Positions 11,698 through 22,001 of a DNA stretch of 64,000 bases are shown here, piece by piece; position 1 is the first letter of the stretch, and each line of letters begins with the position of its first letter. Made by a program: the position numbers and the translations under genes. The notes beneath the pieces were generated by a model that was not told the origin of the DNA, ran no database searches, and worked only from the letters and a program-made list of their open reading frames with translations. The stretch comes from an uncultured cyanobacterium (lineage in GTDB: Bacteria > Cyanobacteriota > Cyanobacteriia > Cyanobacteriales > CAWUOF01), in contig CAVUSO010000001.1 in assembly GCA_963744145.1 (NCBI GenBank), positions 4,192,001 through 4,256,000 of the forward strand. The letters are read 5' to 3'.

Positions 11698-13522
11698 ATG
11701 CCAACTTTTCGTTATCGTTTTCGCTCTGGGATCAATGGTTTCATCGTGATGAGTATGGGAACAGCGATCGCGATCAGTTATATTCAACCCAGTATCGCTC
11801 AAGCCAAACCAGGAACTGAAGCATCCCCAACTGCAATAGATCCGTCCACCATCCATCAAATCAGTTCTAATCACCCTAGGGTCGAACAATCCCCAACTCC
11901 GGTGGTTCCAGTCCAAAACTCAACCCTAGCTGCTCCAGAAGACAATGAGAGTCAATCCACCAATACATTTGTTCCGGTCCAAAGTTTAATTCCAACTTCC
12001 CAGGACAAAAATCGGAGTCAACCCCAGCAGCTAGTTATTCCAGTCCAAAACCCAAAATTAACGCCCAGCAACTACAATAGAAGTGAAATTACCAATGTGG
12101 TAGTTCCAGTCCCAAGTCTGACCACCACTCCCACGGACAAAAATATCGCTCAATCTAATGGTGTGGTGAGTCCATCTTCCAATAGTAACCAAAATACATA
12201 TTTTTCTAATCCACTTGATCCCAATTCCAACGAGTTACAGTTTCCGACTAAACCTTATGAAGTCAGGATTGAGAACAATCGTCCCATTACCTTACAAGAA
12301 GCCCTAGAACTATCTAGACGTAACAACCCCAGTTTAAAGGTAGCGCAATTAACCCTAGACAAATCCCGCAAAGCTTTACGTCAAGCTCTAGCTGCTGAGT
12401 ATCCTCAAGTTAATCTCAGTTCAACGATCGCTCGCAGTGAGAACAATACGGAAACGGCAACAATTAACAATCCCACTAACTTTTCCCGCACTTTAAATGG
12501 TACAGTTGAACTCAGTTACAATGTTTATACTGCTGGTCACCGCCGGGCAACAATTCGTGCCGACTGAACGACAAGCCCGCTATAATGAACTAGACTTAGA
12601 GCGTCAAAACGAACAAAACCGTTTAGATGTGACTACAGCTTACTACTCCCTCCAAAATTCCGATCAGCAAGCGCGGATTTATGAAGCTGCGGTCATCAAC
12701 GCTCAACAAAGTTTGCGAGATGCCCAAAACTTGGAGCGAGCTGGTGTTGGGACTAAGTTTGATGTCCTGAGCGCTCAAGTCCAATTAGCTAATCAAATCC
12801 AAAGTCTGACTAATGCTAAACGAGATCAACGCACTAATCAGCGTTTATTAGGTCAACTGTTAAATTTGCCTCAGTCTGCTAATGTGACTGCGGCAGATCC
12901 AGTTCAAATTGCAGGTATTTGGGAACTTTCCCTTGAGGATAGTATTGTCTTAGCATATAAAAATCGGGCTGAACTAGAACAGCTATTAGTCCAAGGAGAA
13001 ATTGCTGAACAAAATCGACGCATCGCGATCTCGGCAATTAGCCCCCAAGTCAGTGTCTTTTTTGACTATAACGTCAGTGATGCTTTTGACGATTCTCTCC
13101 GTCCAGTCAATGGTTATAGTCTGGGGGCGAGATTACAATGGAATTTATTTGATGGTGGAAATGCGACTTATAGTGCTGCTCAATCAGAAGTTGATCAGGC
13201 GATCGCCCAAGCGAATTTTGCTCAAGAACGTAACCAAGTAAGGGTTAATGTCGAAAGTTCTTTTTTTAACCTCCAAGCGAATTTTGAAAATATCCAAACT
13301 GCCCGACTGGGTTTAGATCAAGCTAAAGAAGCTCTCCGTTTAGCTAGGTTACGTTTTAAAGCTGGTGTTGGCACCCAAACTGATGTGATTAACTCAGAAA
13401 CTAGTCTCTCTACGGCTGAAGGTAATTTAGTTCAGGCGATCATTGGCTACAATCAAGCGCTTGCTTCTTTGCAACGTTATATTAGTAATTTGCCACTTCC
13501 CCCTAATACCACTACACCCTAA
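11698..13522 (+). pseudogene. tolC: TolC family outer-membrane efflux protein, split by a +1 frameshift near 12563 (real lesion or sequence error)
   Basis: ORF1 ends ...ATIRAD*; ORF2 continues ERQARYNELD...ARLRFKAGVGTQTDVI. Removing A12563 gives a continuous ATIRAAERQ. Confidence 0.85.
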
Positions 13523-13549
13523 ATTTTTGAGAAAAAAGGAAAATTTTTC

Positions 13550-13846
13550 ATGGCTAATATCACGTTTGACCGAGAAAACCGCGAAGTCATTGCGGCTGAT
13601 GGAGCTAATTTAAGGCTGAAAGCTGTGGAAAATGGGATTGATATTTATACGTTGGTGGGAAAGATGATGAATTGTGGGGGCTATGGTCAATGTGGCACCT
13701 GTATTGTGGAAATTGTGGAGGGGATCGAAAATTTATCACCTCGAACTGATTTTGAGCAGCGGAAATTAAAAAAGAAACCAGATAACTATCGTTTAGCCTG
13801 TCAAACTCGAGTTAATGGACCGATCAAAGTAAAAACTAAGCCTTAA
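13550..13846 (+). CDS. 2Fe-2S ferredoxin-like protein (psbM-linked)
   Basis: [11 protein letters not shown]...RLACQ. Confidence 0.9.
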   Translation: MANITFDRENREVIAADGANLRLKAVENGIDIYTLVGKMMNCGGYGQCGTCIVEIVEGIENLSPRTDFEQRKLKKKPDNYRLACQTRVNGPIKVKTKP

Positions 13847-13908
13847 CGAACCACCGAAAATGATATTCTAAAGCTGTCAATCTTCCCACCAGATTCAGGA
13901 GTAGTGCC

Positions 13909-14022
13909 ATGCAAGTTAACGAACTAGGGTTTGTTGCGACCATTCTGTTTATCTTAGTCCCAAGTGTGTTCTTATTGATTTTGTACATTCAAACAGCTAG
14001 TCGTACAGATTCCAAAAATTAG
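13909..14022 (+). CDS. psbM: Photosystem II reaction centre protein M
   Basis: Hand translation [45 protein letters not shown] upstream; below ORF-track cutoff. Confidence 0.95.
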   Translation: MQVNELGFVATILFILVPSVFLLILYIQTASRTDSKN

Positions 14023-14053
14023 CAGATTTTCCTCCCTTGCTGCTGCAATTATT

Positions 14054-14088
14054 AAACAGCGTCCCGAACTGACCAGGGCGCTGTTTTT
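14054..14088 (+). terminator. Probable intrinsic terminator between convergent psbM and usp
   Basis: aaacagcgtcc...gggcgctgttttt hairpin with T-run. Confidence 0.65.
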
Positions 14089-14115
14089 GTGAGGTGGGGA
14101 TCACAATTTGATTGA

Positions 14116-14949
14116 TTAAGTACCAGTCCGAGCTAATAAAACTGGACAATTAGCCTTGACCCTCACATAATCGGATTGAGAAGACCCTAATAATCGATCC
14201 AAATCCACGATTCCCCTCGCGATCGAAGGACGACGATCAGGAGACCCAATCATTAATAAATCAACATTCAACTCATCAGCAATCCGACAGATTTCTTCCC
14301 CAACTTTACCTTGGGCAGAAATCGGACGACAGGCAATTCCCAACTGATTTGCTTGATTGATCACTGGTGTTAAAATTGGGTCTTGTTCAGCTGACACGGC
14401 TTTTAAACTCGGTGGGACAATATGAACCGGAATTAACTGTCCGTTTTTAATGTCCCGTAACAGAAAGATCGCTAGTTTTAACGCTTGTTGGGCAGCATCA
14501 GACCCATCGATCGCTACCATGATCCGGTTGATCGGTTTAACATAGATATCGTCTTTTACCAATAGCATCGGACGAGTGGTTAACTGGAACACATACTGAC
14601 TGACGGAGTTGTCCAAGATCGCTTGGAGTCGTCCTAATGCTCTCGATCCCATAATAATCAGGTCAGCTTGTTCTTCATCTGCTACTTGACAAACAATATC
14701 TTTGGGGTCTCCCTGTTTCAGTCTGGCACTCACCTGATTTGGGTCTAAATTAAAAAATTGGATCGCTTTAGCGAGAATTTGACCCCCTTCTGCTAACTTA
14801 GCCGACATGGCTGTAGCTGATGCTTGATCAGGAACAACGTGCAAAACCGTAACAGTTGCTCGTTGAATGGAAGGAATCTCCATTAAATATTTGAGCATTT
14901 CTTCACACAAACCGCGCCCTGCAACGGCTACCAAAATTTTTTTGATCAT
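14116..14949 (-). CDS. Universal stress protein, tandem USP domains
   Basis: MIKKILVAV, ADLIIMGSR, second domain RIMVAIDGS...ANCPVLL. Confidence 0.9.
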   Translation of the reverse strand: MIKKILVAVAGRGLCEEMLKYLMEIPSIQRATVTVLHVVPDQASATAMSAKLAEGGQILAKAIQFFNLDPNQVSARLKQGDPKDIVCQVADEEQADLIIMGSRALGRLQAILDNSVSQYVFQLTTRPMLLVKDDIYVKPINRIMVAIDGSDAAQQALKLAIFLLRDIKNGQLIPVHIVPPSLKAVSAEQDPILTPVINQANQLGIACRPISAQGKVGEEICRIADELNVDLLMIGSPDRRPSIARGIVDLDRLLGSSQSDYVRVKANCPVLLARTGT

Positions 14950-15107
14950 AGTTCTTTCTCCCAAATCACGGTAGGTCGGTATATTTAGATCACTAACTTA
15001 ATTAAAACTAAGTAGTGATTAAAACTTAGATACCCTTAAGATCAGCATAAACCTGAATATATGTTTAGAACCTTGCATAATCTATAGTTTTGAAACAGAT
15101 TGTCAAA

Positions 15108-15596
15108 ATGTCAGAACCAATACAGCCTTTTTCGTTCTCGACTGGTATAATTCAGAACTCCTCGTCTCCCCTGACTGACAGTTGGTTTGAATACCCAGTT
15201 CGCGCTCAACCCCACCATACCGACTATACTGGTGCAGTTTGGCATGGTGCTTATTTGACCTGGATGGAGGAAGCAAGGGTAGAATGTTTGCGATCGCTTG
15301 GGATTGAATACTCAAATTTGGTCGCGATCGGCTGCGATTTACTGGTTGTAGAAATATCTTTACGTTACCATCGTGCGATTAAAATGGGAATGTCAGCCCT
15401 AGTCAAAACTCGGATGGCCAATCTTAATGGAGTCCGGCTGAATTGGGATTATCAAATTGAAGCGTCCGATCGGCAAGAGTTATATCTTAGTGGTATAGTT
15501 ACTTTAGTTGCAGTCGATCGGGAAAAAGGTAAAATTCTCCGTCAGTTACCCCCGACAGTTCAAGATATCTTCGCTAGATTGATTCAAAATAAATAA
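15108..15596 (+). CDS. Acyl-CoA thioesterase (YbgC/4HBT hot-dog fold)
   Basis: HHTDYTGAVWHGAYLTWMEEAR. Confidence 0.85.
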   Translation: MSEPIQPFSFSTGIIQNSSSPLTDSWFEYPVRAQPHHTDYTGAVWHGAYLTWMEEARVECLRSLGIEYSNLVAIGCDLLVVEISLRYHRAIKMGMSALVKTRMANLNGVRLNWDYQIEASDRQELYLSGIVTLVAVDREKGKILRQLPPTVQDIFARLIQNK

Positions 15597-15731
15597 TCTG
15601 GATTCAGGTATTAGGAAAAATCCCTAATACTTGAACCTTAGTTCAAATTGATATCTACTCATTCCAATTAATTATTGGTAATTGTCTGGACGCCAATATT
15701 ATTTTTTTTTCTTCACTTCTTCTGATCATAG

Positions 15732-17300
15732 TGCTAATATTCCTCTGTATTATTACGCAATCCGGTGCCGTTAACTGTAGGGGCAAAGCATTTCGGCGCA
15801 TCAATAATTGGCCAAACGAAGGATAATATTACCGAAATGCTTTGCCCTTACCATCTATGCAGCCAACCGATCAACTATATATAGGACAATACGGTTCAGT
15901 TAAGATTTTTTTTGGAGATATCGGCGAAGAAGGGCGAAGCATTCGGATATAATATTAACTTGTTTAAGTGATAAATTATCGCCCGAATGCTTCGCCCCTA
16001 CCATCAACTGAACTAAAATGCAAAAATATGTATGTGAAACCTGTTGCTAATATTCCTCTGTATTATTACACAATCCGGTGCAGTTCACTGTAGGGGCAAA
16101 GCATTTCGGCGCATCAATAATTGGCCAAACGAAGGATAATATTACCGAAATGCTTTGCCCTTACCATCTATGCAGCCAACCGATCAACTATATATAGGAC
16201 TTCAGTTAAGATTTTTTTTTGGGAGATATCGGCGAAGAAGGGCGAAGCATTCGGATCTAATATTAACGGCCCTTCGACTACGCTCAGGGTAAAATTTAAG
16301 TGATCAATTATCGCCCGAATGCTTCGCCCCTACCATCAACTGAACTAAAATGCAAAAATATGTATGTGAAACCTGTTGCTAATATTCCTCTGTATTATTA
16401 CGCAATCCGGTGCCGTTAACTGTAGGGGCAAAGCATTTCGGCGCATCAATAATTGGCCAAACGAAGGATAATATTACCGAAATGCGAGAGCCCTTACCAT
16501 CTATGCAGCCAACCGATCAACTATATATAGGACTTCAGTTAAGATTTTTTTTGGGAGATATCGGCGAAGAAGGGCGAAGCATTCGGATATAATATTAACT
16601 TGTTTAAGTGATAAATTATCGCCCGAATGCTTCGCCCCTACCATTAACTGAACTAAAATGCAAAAATATGTATGTGAAACCTGTTGCTAATATTCCTCTG
16701 TATTATTACGCAATCCGGTGCAGTTAACTGTAGGGGCAAAGCATTTCGGCGCATAAATAATTGGCCAAACGAAGGATAATATTACCGAAATGCTTTGCCC
16801 TTACCATCTATGCAGCCAACCGATCAACTATATATAGGACTTCAGTTAAGATTTTTTTTGGGAGATATCGGCGAAGAAGGGCGAAGCATTCGGATCTAAT
16901 ATTAACAGGTTTAAGTGATCAATTATCGCCCGAATGCTTCGCCCCTACCATCAACTGAACTAAAATGCAAAAATATGTATGTGAAACCTGTTGCTAATAT
17001 TCCTCTGTATTATTACGCAATCCGGTGCAGTTCACTGTAGGGGCAAAGCATTTCGGCGCATCAATAATTGGCCAAACGAAGGATAATATTACCGAAATGC
17101 TTTGCCCTTACCATCTATGCAGCCAACCGATCAACTATATATAGGACTTCAGTTAAGATTTTTTTTGGAGATATCGGCGAAGAAGAAGGGCGAAGCATTC
17201 GGATATAATATTAACTTGTTTAAGTGATAAATTATCGCCCGAATGCTTCGCCCCTACCATCAACTGAACTAAAATGCAAAAATATGTATGTGAAACCTGT
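15732..17300 (+). repeat. Tandem array A: 5 units of 307-332 bp (left flank + TIR/GTAG element + first 27 nt of rubredoxin)
   Basis: Units start with tgctaatattcc at 15732, 16045, 16377, 16685, 16992. Confidence 0.95.
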
Positions 17301-17435
17301 GGTCATATTTATGATCCAGCGGAAGGTGACCCAGATGGAGATATAGCTCCAGGTACACCCTTTGAAGATATCCCCGATGACTGGGTATGTCCTGTTTGTG
17401 GGGTATCAAAAAGCGATTTTAGCCCTGAAAAATAA
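17274..17435 (+). CDS. Rubredoxin
   Basis: Hand translation [53 protein letters not shown]; two CxxCG motifs; not in ORF track. Confidence 0.95.
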   Translation: MQKYVCETCGHIYDPAEGDPDGDIAPGTPFEDIPDDWVCPVCGVSKSDFSPEK

Positions 17436-17437
17436 TT

Positions 17438-17520
17438 TATAGCGGTTCTCAATGAGAGTGAGGTAAACTTTTAACTTGGAAAACCTTTCTCTGCTTACCT
17501 TTAATTTCCTTGAGAACCGC
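17438..17520. repeat. Short inverted-repeat element (GCGGTTCTCAA...TTGAGAACCGC) between convergent genes
   Basis: Perfect 11-bp inverted ends plus inner aggtaa/ttacct pair. Confidence 0.6.
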
Positions 17521-17549
17521 GCTGTTTAATTTGAGGGAAACTCCAGTAA

Positions 17550-19331
17550 TTAGGAAGCTACCTTAGCTGTTGGACAACGTCGCGGGGCTGATTTCACCAT
17601 CGGTTCGGTTGGAGTAGATTGAACTGATAATTCTGGTGGAGTTTGCATCAAAAATACTAGCAATGGATTGCTATTGAGTTCACGTCTTAATAAACGTCTT
17701 AAAGCTTGTTCTAAATGAGCTTGCAATCCTGTCCAGTCAACTGACATTTGACCATCTGCTCCTGATTTAGCAAATTCTGACCAGCGATCGCTTAATTGTT
17801 CTTGCAGAATTTCTTGAACCCAGATTTGTAACAGCGATCGCTCTAAGTTGGTGACTACTCCCCGGAGATGAATTTCTGGTTTAGCCGCTAATTTACCATC
17901 CGCACTAATCGCTGCGGCTACGGTAACTACCCCATCTTCTGCTAATTGTTGTCGTTCTTTGAGGACAGTATCTTTGACAATACCCGAACCATTGACTAAT
18001 TCAATTCCAGCTGGAACTTTACCGACTATCTCCATCGCGTTTTCTGATAGTTCTACCACATCACCATTATTGATAATGACAATGTTTTCGGCAGGAATTC
18101 CCATACTTTGAGCAGTTTCAGAATGTTTAATTAACATCCGATGCTCTCCATGCACGGGTAAAAAGAATTTCGGACGAGTTAATGCAATCATCAGTTTTTG
18201 GTCTTCCTGACAACCATGTCCAGAAACATGAATTCCCTTTTCCCGACCGTAAATTACTTGAGCTCCTAGCATCATTAATTTATCGATGGTATTAACTACC
18301 GCGATCGTATTACCAGGAATGGGATTAGCTGAAAATACTACTGTATCACCCTGACGGATTTTAATTTGGCGATGATCACCTTCGGCAATTCTCGTCATTG
18401 CTGATAAGGGTTCTCCTTGAGAACCTGTGGTCAAAATCACCACCTGATCGTCGCTCAGATGACGGATTGCGTGTAATGGTTGTAAGAGATTGTCGTCACA
18501 GGTGATATATCCTAGATTTCGGGAATGGGCAATCACGTTTAACATGGAGCGACCCAGTACGGATACGACCCGGTTATGTTTTTTGGCTAAATCTAGGATG
18601 ATATTTAGACGATGTACGGAAGAAGCAAAAGTAGTAACTAGCAAACGTCCTTTTGCTTGGGCAAAAATTCGATCAAGATTAGGATAAACGGAGCGTTCTG
18701 AAGGTGTAAAACCGGGAACTTCAGCGTTAGTTGAATCACTAATTAAACATAAAATTCCTTTTTCACCATACTCCGCTAGTTTTTGTAAGTCAAAAAATTC
18801 TCCATCGACGGGAGTATGGTCGATTTTGAAATCTCCTGTATGAATGACAATTCCCACGGGAGTATGGATCGCGACGGTGAAACTATCCGCGATCGAGTGG
18901 GTGTTACGAATATATTCTACCGCAAATGATTTACCGATCCGGACTACATCACGGGGCATCACTGTCCGCAGTTGGGTCCGATTGGCTACTCCTGCTTCTT
19001 CTAATTTACCTTGGAGTAAAGCCATGGCTAATCGCGGACCATGAATAATGGGAATTTCAAATTGACGTAGATGAAACGCTATTCCACCAATATGGTCTTC
19101 GTGACCGTGGGTCACAATCATCCCTTTAATTTTATGGCTGTTTTCCCGCAGATAAGTCATATCGGGCAAAACGATATTGACACCGTGCATTCCATCGGTG
19201 GGAAAAGCTAGTCCCGCATCTAACAGGATGATTTCGTTATCATACTCAAATACACAGGTATTTTTGCCGATTTCATGTAGTCCTCCGAGAGGAATTATTT
19301 TCAGTCCAGATGCAATTTTGTTGTTAGTCAT
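17550..19331 (-). CDS. rnj: Ribonuclease J
   Basis: PLGGLHEIGKN, THGHEDHIG, HTGDFKID, HVSGH. Confidence 0.95.
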   Translation of the reverse strand: MTNNKIASGLKIIPLGGLHEIGKNTCVFEYDNEIILLDAGLAFPTDGMHGVNIVLPDMTYLRENSHKIKGMIVTHGHEDHIGGIAFHLRQFEIPIIHGPRLAMALLQGKLEEAGVANRTQLRTVMPRDVVRIGKSFAVEYIRNTHSIADSFTVAIHTPVGIVIHTGDFKIDHTPVDGEFFDLQKLAEYGEKGILCLISDSTNAEVPGFTPSERSVYPNLDRIFAQAKGRLLVTTFASSVHRLNIILDLAKKHNRVVSVLGRSMLNVIAHSRNLGYITCDDNLLQPLHAIRHLSDDQVVILTTGSQGEPLSAMTRIAEGDHRQIKIRQGDTVVFSANPIPGNTIAVVNTIDKLMMLGAQVIYGREKGIHVSGHGCQEDQKLMIALTRPKFFLPVHGEHRMLIKHSETAQSMGIPAENIVIINNGDVVELSENAMEIVGKVPAGIELVNGSGIVKDTVLKERQQLAEDGVVTVAAAISADGKLAAKPEIHLRGVVTNLERSLLQIWVQEILQEQLSDRWSEFAKSGADGQMSVDWTGLQAHLEQALRRLLRRELNSNPLLVFLMQTPPELSVQSTPTEPMVKSAPRRCPTAKVAS

Positions 19332-19544
19332 TCCGATCCTTTATTTTGAGTTGGTGTGAAATTTTGAACTGGGAAAATTTGGAGATGCGAACAGAAACTT
19401 AAGTGCTAGACATAAGTAGCTTTTTTAGGAACATATTTCTTTGATTTTGGCTAACAGAAAATTGGTTAGGCTAACAGTGATAGTTATTCCTAATCAAAGG
19501 TTTTTCCGGTAGATTTATCTAGTTTTCTGGAACAATATAACGCT

Positions 19545-20429
19545 TTAAAGTAGGGCAAGTTGTTTCATGACTGTTTCGACATTTTGCTTGACTTCACTAG
19601 ATAGATCGTATAGCGGAAGACGAGTTGAACCTACGTTCCAACCTTGGAGGTTTAATGCTATTTTGATGGGGATTGGATTAGTAGTAGTAAATAAAACTTT
19701 GAACAAGGGAAAGAGTTTGATATGGATTTGTGTAGCGATTTGAGTTTTACCCATTTCAAAAGCTTGGATCATTTCTTGTAATTCTGTTGCTACTAAATGA
19801 GATGCTACACTAACAATTCCTTTACTCCCGATCGCTAATAAGGGTAGGGTGAGGGAGTCATCTCCAGCATATATAGCAAATTCTGCTGGTGTTAAAGCGC
19901 GAATTTGACTAGCTTGATCTATGTTTCCTGTTGCCTCTTTAATTGCTACAATATTGGGAATTTCCGCTAATCTGGCTACGGTTTCTGGTTGCAGGTTCTG
20001 TCCAGTACGTCCGGGAATATTATACAACATTATTGGTAAATCCGGAACTGCTTGGGCGATCGCTTGAAAGTGTTGGTACAGTCCTGCTTGGGGTGGTTTA
20101 TTATAATAGGGTACTACTTGTAAACTACCATCTAATCCTAGATCCGCAGCTTTTTTAGTTGCGGCGATCGCTTCTTTGGTAGAATTTGACCCTGTACCAG
20201 CAATTACCTTTATTTTTCCAGCTACGGCTTTTTGGACTACCTGAAATAATTCATATTCTTCATCCCAGGTTAAGGTTGGTGATTCTCCAGTAGTTCCACA
20301 TATTACCAAACTATCTGTACCATGTTCTGCTAAATGAGCTGCTAATTTTTCAGCTCCAGCATAATTTACACTACCATCTTCCTGCAACGGCGTAACCATT
20401 GCCGTTATTACTCTGCCGAAATTTACCAC
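19545..20429 (-). CDS. dapA: 4-hydroxy-tetrahydrodipicolinate synthase
   Basis: [22 protein letters not shown]. Confidence 0.95.
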   Translation of the reverse strand: MVNFGRVITAMVTPLQEDGSVNYAGAEKLAAHLAEHGTDSLVICGTTGESPTLTWDEEYELFQVVQKAVAGKIKVIAGTGSNSTKEAIAATKKAADLGLDGSLQVVPYYNKPPQAGLYQHFQAIAQAVPDLPIMLYNIPGRTGQNLQPETVARLAEIPNIVAIKEATGNIDQASQIRALTPAEFAIYAGDDSLTLPLLAIGSKGIVSVASHLVATELQEMIQAFEMGKTQIATQIHIKLFPLFKVLFTTTNPIPIKIALNLQGWNVGSTRLPLYDLSSEVKQNVETVMKQLALL

Positions 20430-20563
20430 TCTATCCTACCTATCTTTTTGCTGGTTGTGCATCTATTGGCATTTGGCTTGCTAGTTGCCATCTAGAAAAT
20501 ATTCCTGGTTACTATTTTTTGCATCTGCTAGTTCTTTAGATCATAGCAAAAAAAAAATAATTC

Positions 20564-21607
20564 CTAACTAGATTTAGCTAATGCTGCTGGTTTAAGCAAA
20601 TTTTTTGCGACCAATAACTCAGCAATTTGCACAGCATTTAAGGCTGCACCCTTGCGAATTTGATCTCCACTTAACCATAACTCTAACCCACAAGCGTTAG
20701 AAATATCTTGGCGAATACGACCTACTAATACTTGATCACGACCAGTCGCTTCCATGGGCATAGGGAAATAATTTTTTTGCCAGTTTTCCACTAATTGTAC
20801 TCCTGGAGCTTGACTTAATATTTCTCGCGCCAGATTTACGCTGAAGGGTTTAGCAAATTCTATATTAATTGCTTCTGAATGGGCTCGCAATACGGGAACC
20901 CGAACACAAGTGGCAGTAATTTTTATTTCTGGGTCAGCAAATATTTTCCGAGTCTCATTGAGCATTTTCATTTCTTCTTCACAATATCCTAGCTCATTTA
21001 ACGGGGAATTGTGGGGAAATAAATTAAATGCTAAGGGATAGGGAAATACTTCTGGTTCGACTGGTTCTCCTTTTAATATGGCGATCGCCTGATTTTTCAA
21101 TTCTGCCATAGCTTTAGCACCAGCACCACTAGCGGATTGATAAGTAGAAACTACTAGACGCTTCACTGGTTGGATTTGATGTAATGGCCAAACTGCGACA
21201 TTCATTAAAATTGTAGTGCAATTCGGATTAGCAATAATGCCTTGATGAGTGGCGATCGCTTGGGGATTAACTTCTGGCACAATTAACGGAACTTGGGGAT
21301 CAAGACGAAAAGCACTGGAGTTATCAATTACCACTGCACCTGCTTGAGCTGCTTTGGGAGCCCAAACTTTAGAAACCGAGCCGCCCGCCGAAGCTAGAAC
21401 TAGATCTATATGATCAAAAGAGCGATCGCTGACTGGGGAAACGGGCAATTTTTCACCCTGAAAGACCAGTGTCTGACCAGCAGAACGGGGAGAAGCTAAC
21501 AGTTTCAAATCAGCGAGGGGAAACTGACGGCTTGCCAATAATTCTAGCAATTCGGTGCCAACTGCGCCGGTTGCTCCTAAGATTGCGACTCGATAAGATT
21601 GACTCAA
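20564..21607 (-). CDS. asd: Aspartate-semialdehyde dehydrogenase
   Basis: GATGAVG, IANPNCTT, RKGAALNAVQIAE. Confidence 0.95.
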   Translation of the reverse strand: MSQSYRVAILGATGAVGTELLELLASRQFPLADLKLLASPRSAGQTLVFQGEKLPVSPVSDRSFDHIDLVLASAGGSVSKVWAPKAAQAGAVVIDNSSAFRLDPQVPLIVPEVNPQAIATHQGIIANPNCTTILMNVAVWPLHQIQPVKRLVVSTYQSASGAGAKAMAELKNQAIAILKGEPVEPEVFPYPLAFNLFPHNSPLNELGYCEEEMKMLNETRKIFADPEIKITATCVRVPVLRAHSEAINIEFAKPFSVNLAREILSQAPGVQLVENWQKNYFPMPMEATGRDQVLVGRIRQDISNACGLELWLSGDQIRKGAALNAVQIAELLVAKNLLKPAALAKSS

Positions 21608-22001
21608 ATTGGGTTCCTCCAGATGGTCTCTTGATATTTAGGGTGTAATAAAGATACAGATAAATCGATAATAGTACAGATATTTTCCGAAATTTATCTA
21701 GATGGGTTGGGTTGGTAACTGAGGGACAGTTACACCTAAATAGAGGCAAAGATAACGCTAATTGGACTAATATAGTATATTATAATCAATTTAGAGCAAA
21801 TAAAATCGGATGAAAATTAAGATCTTTATTTTAGTCCAAAATAAGTTATGATGGTTGATTGCGGTCAGAAGATTTTAGCAAATTTTGGCAGCACCTGGAT
21901 CAGGTGAAACCGAAAGCAGCCCGGAATACCGCGCTTGTAAATTAATACAGGCAAAAATTACGATTGCTCGTTAAAAATATTGTCAGTAAAGCAAAGGTCT
22001 G

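Noticed and set aside
11303..11916. Short ORFs 11303-11497, 11323-11505, 11647-11916, and other antisense ORFs nested in long genes
   Set aside because: No motifs; they lie in a divergent promoter region or overlap well-supported genes.
16121..16958. ORFs 16121-16303, 16410-16592, 16761-16958
   Set aside because: Chance frames inside repeat units; they change with poly-T length and show no protein motifs.
15732..17300. CRISPR array interpretation of arrays A, B and C
   Set aside because: Units are 150-330 bp, the intervening sequences repeat rather than being unique spacers, and no cas genes are present.
21880..21935. SRP RNA (ffs) call
   Set aside because: Only a loose motif match; lacks the canonical CCGGAAGG tetraloop helix and long stem. 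Kept only as a candidate leader.
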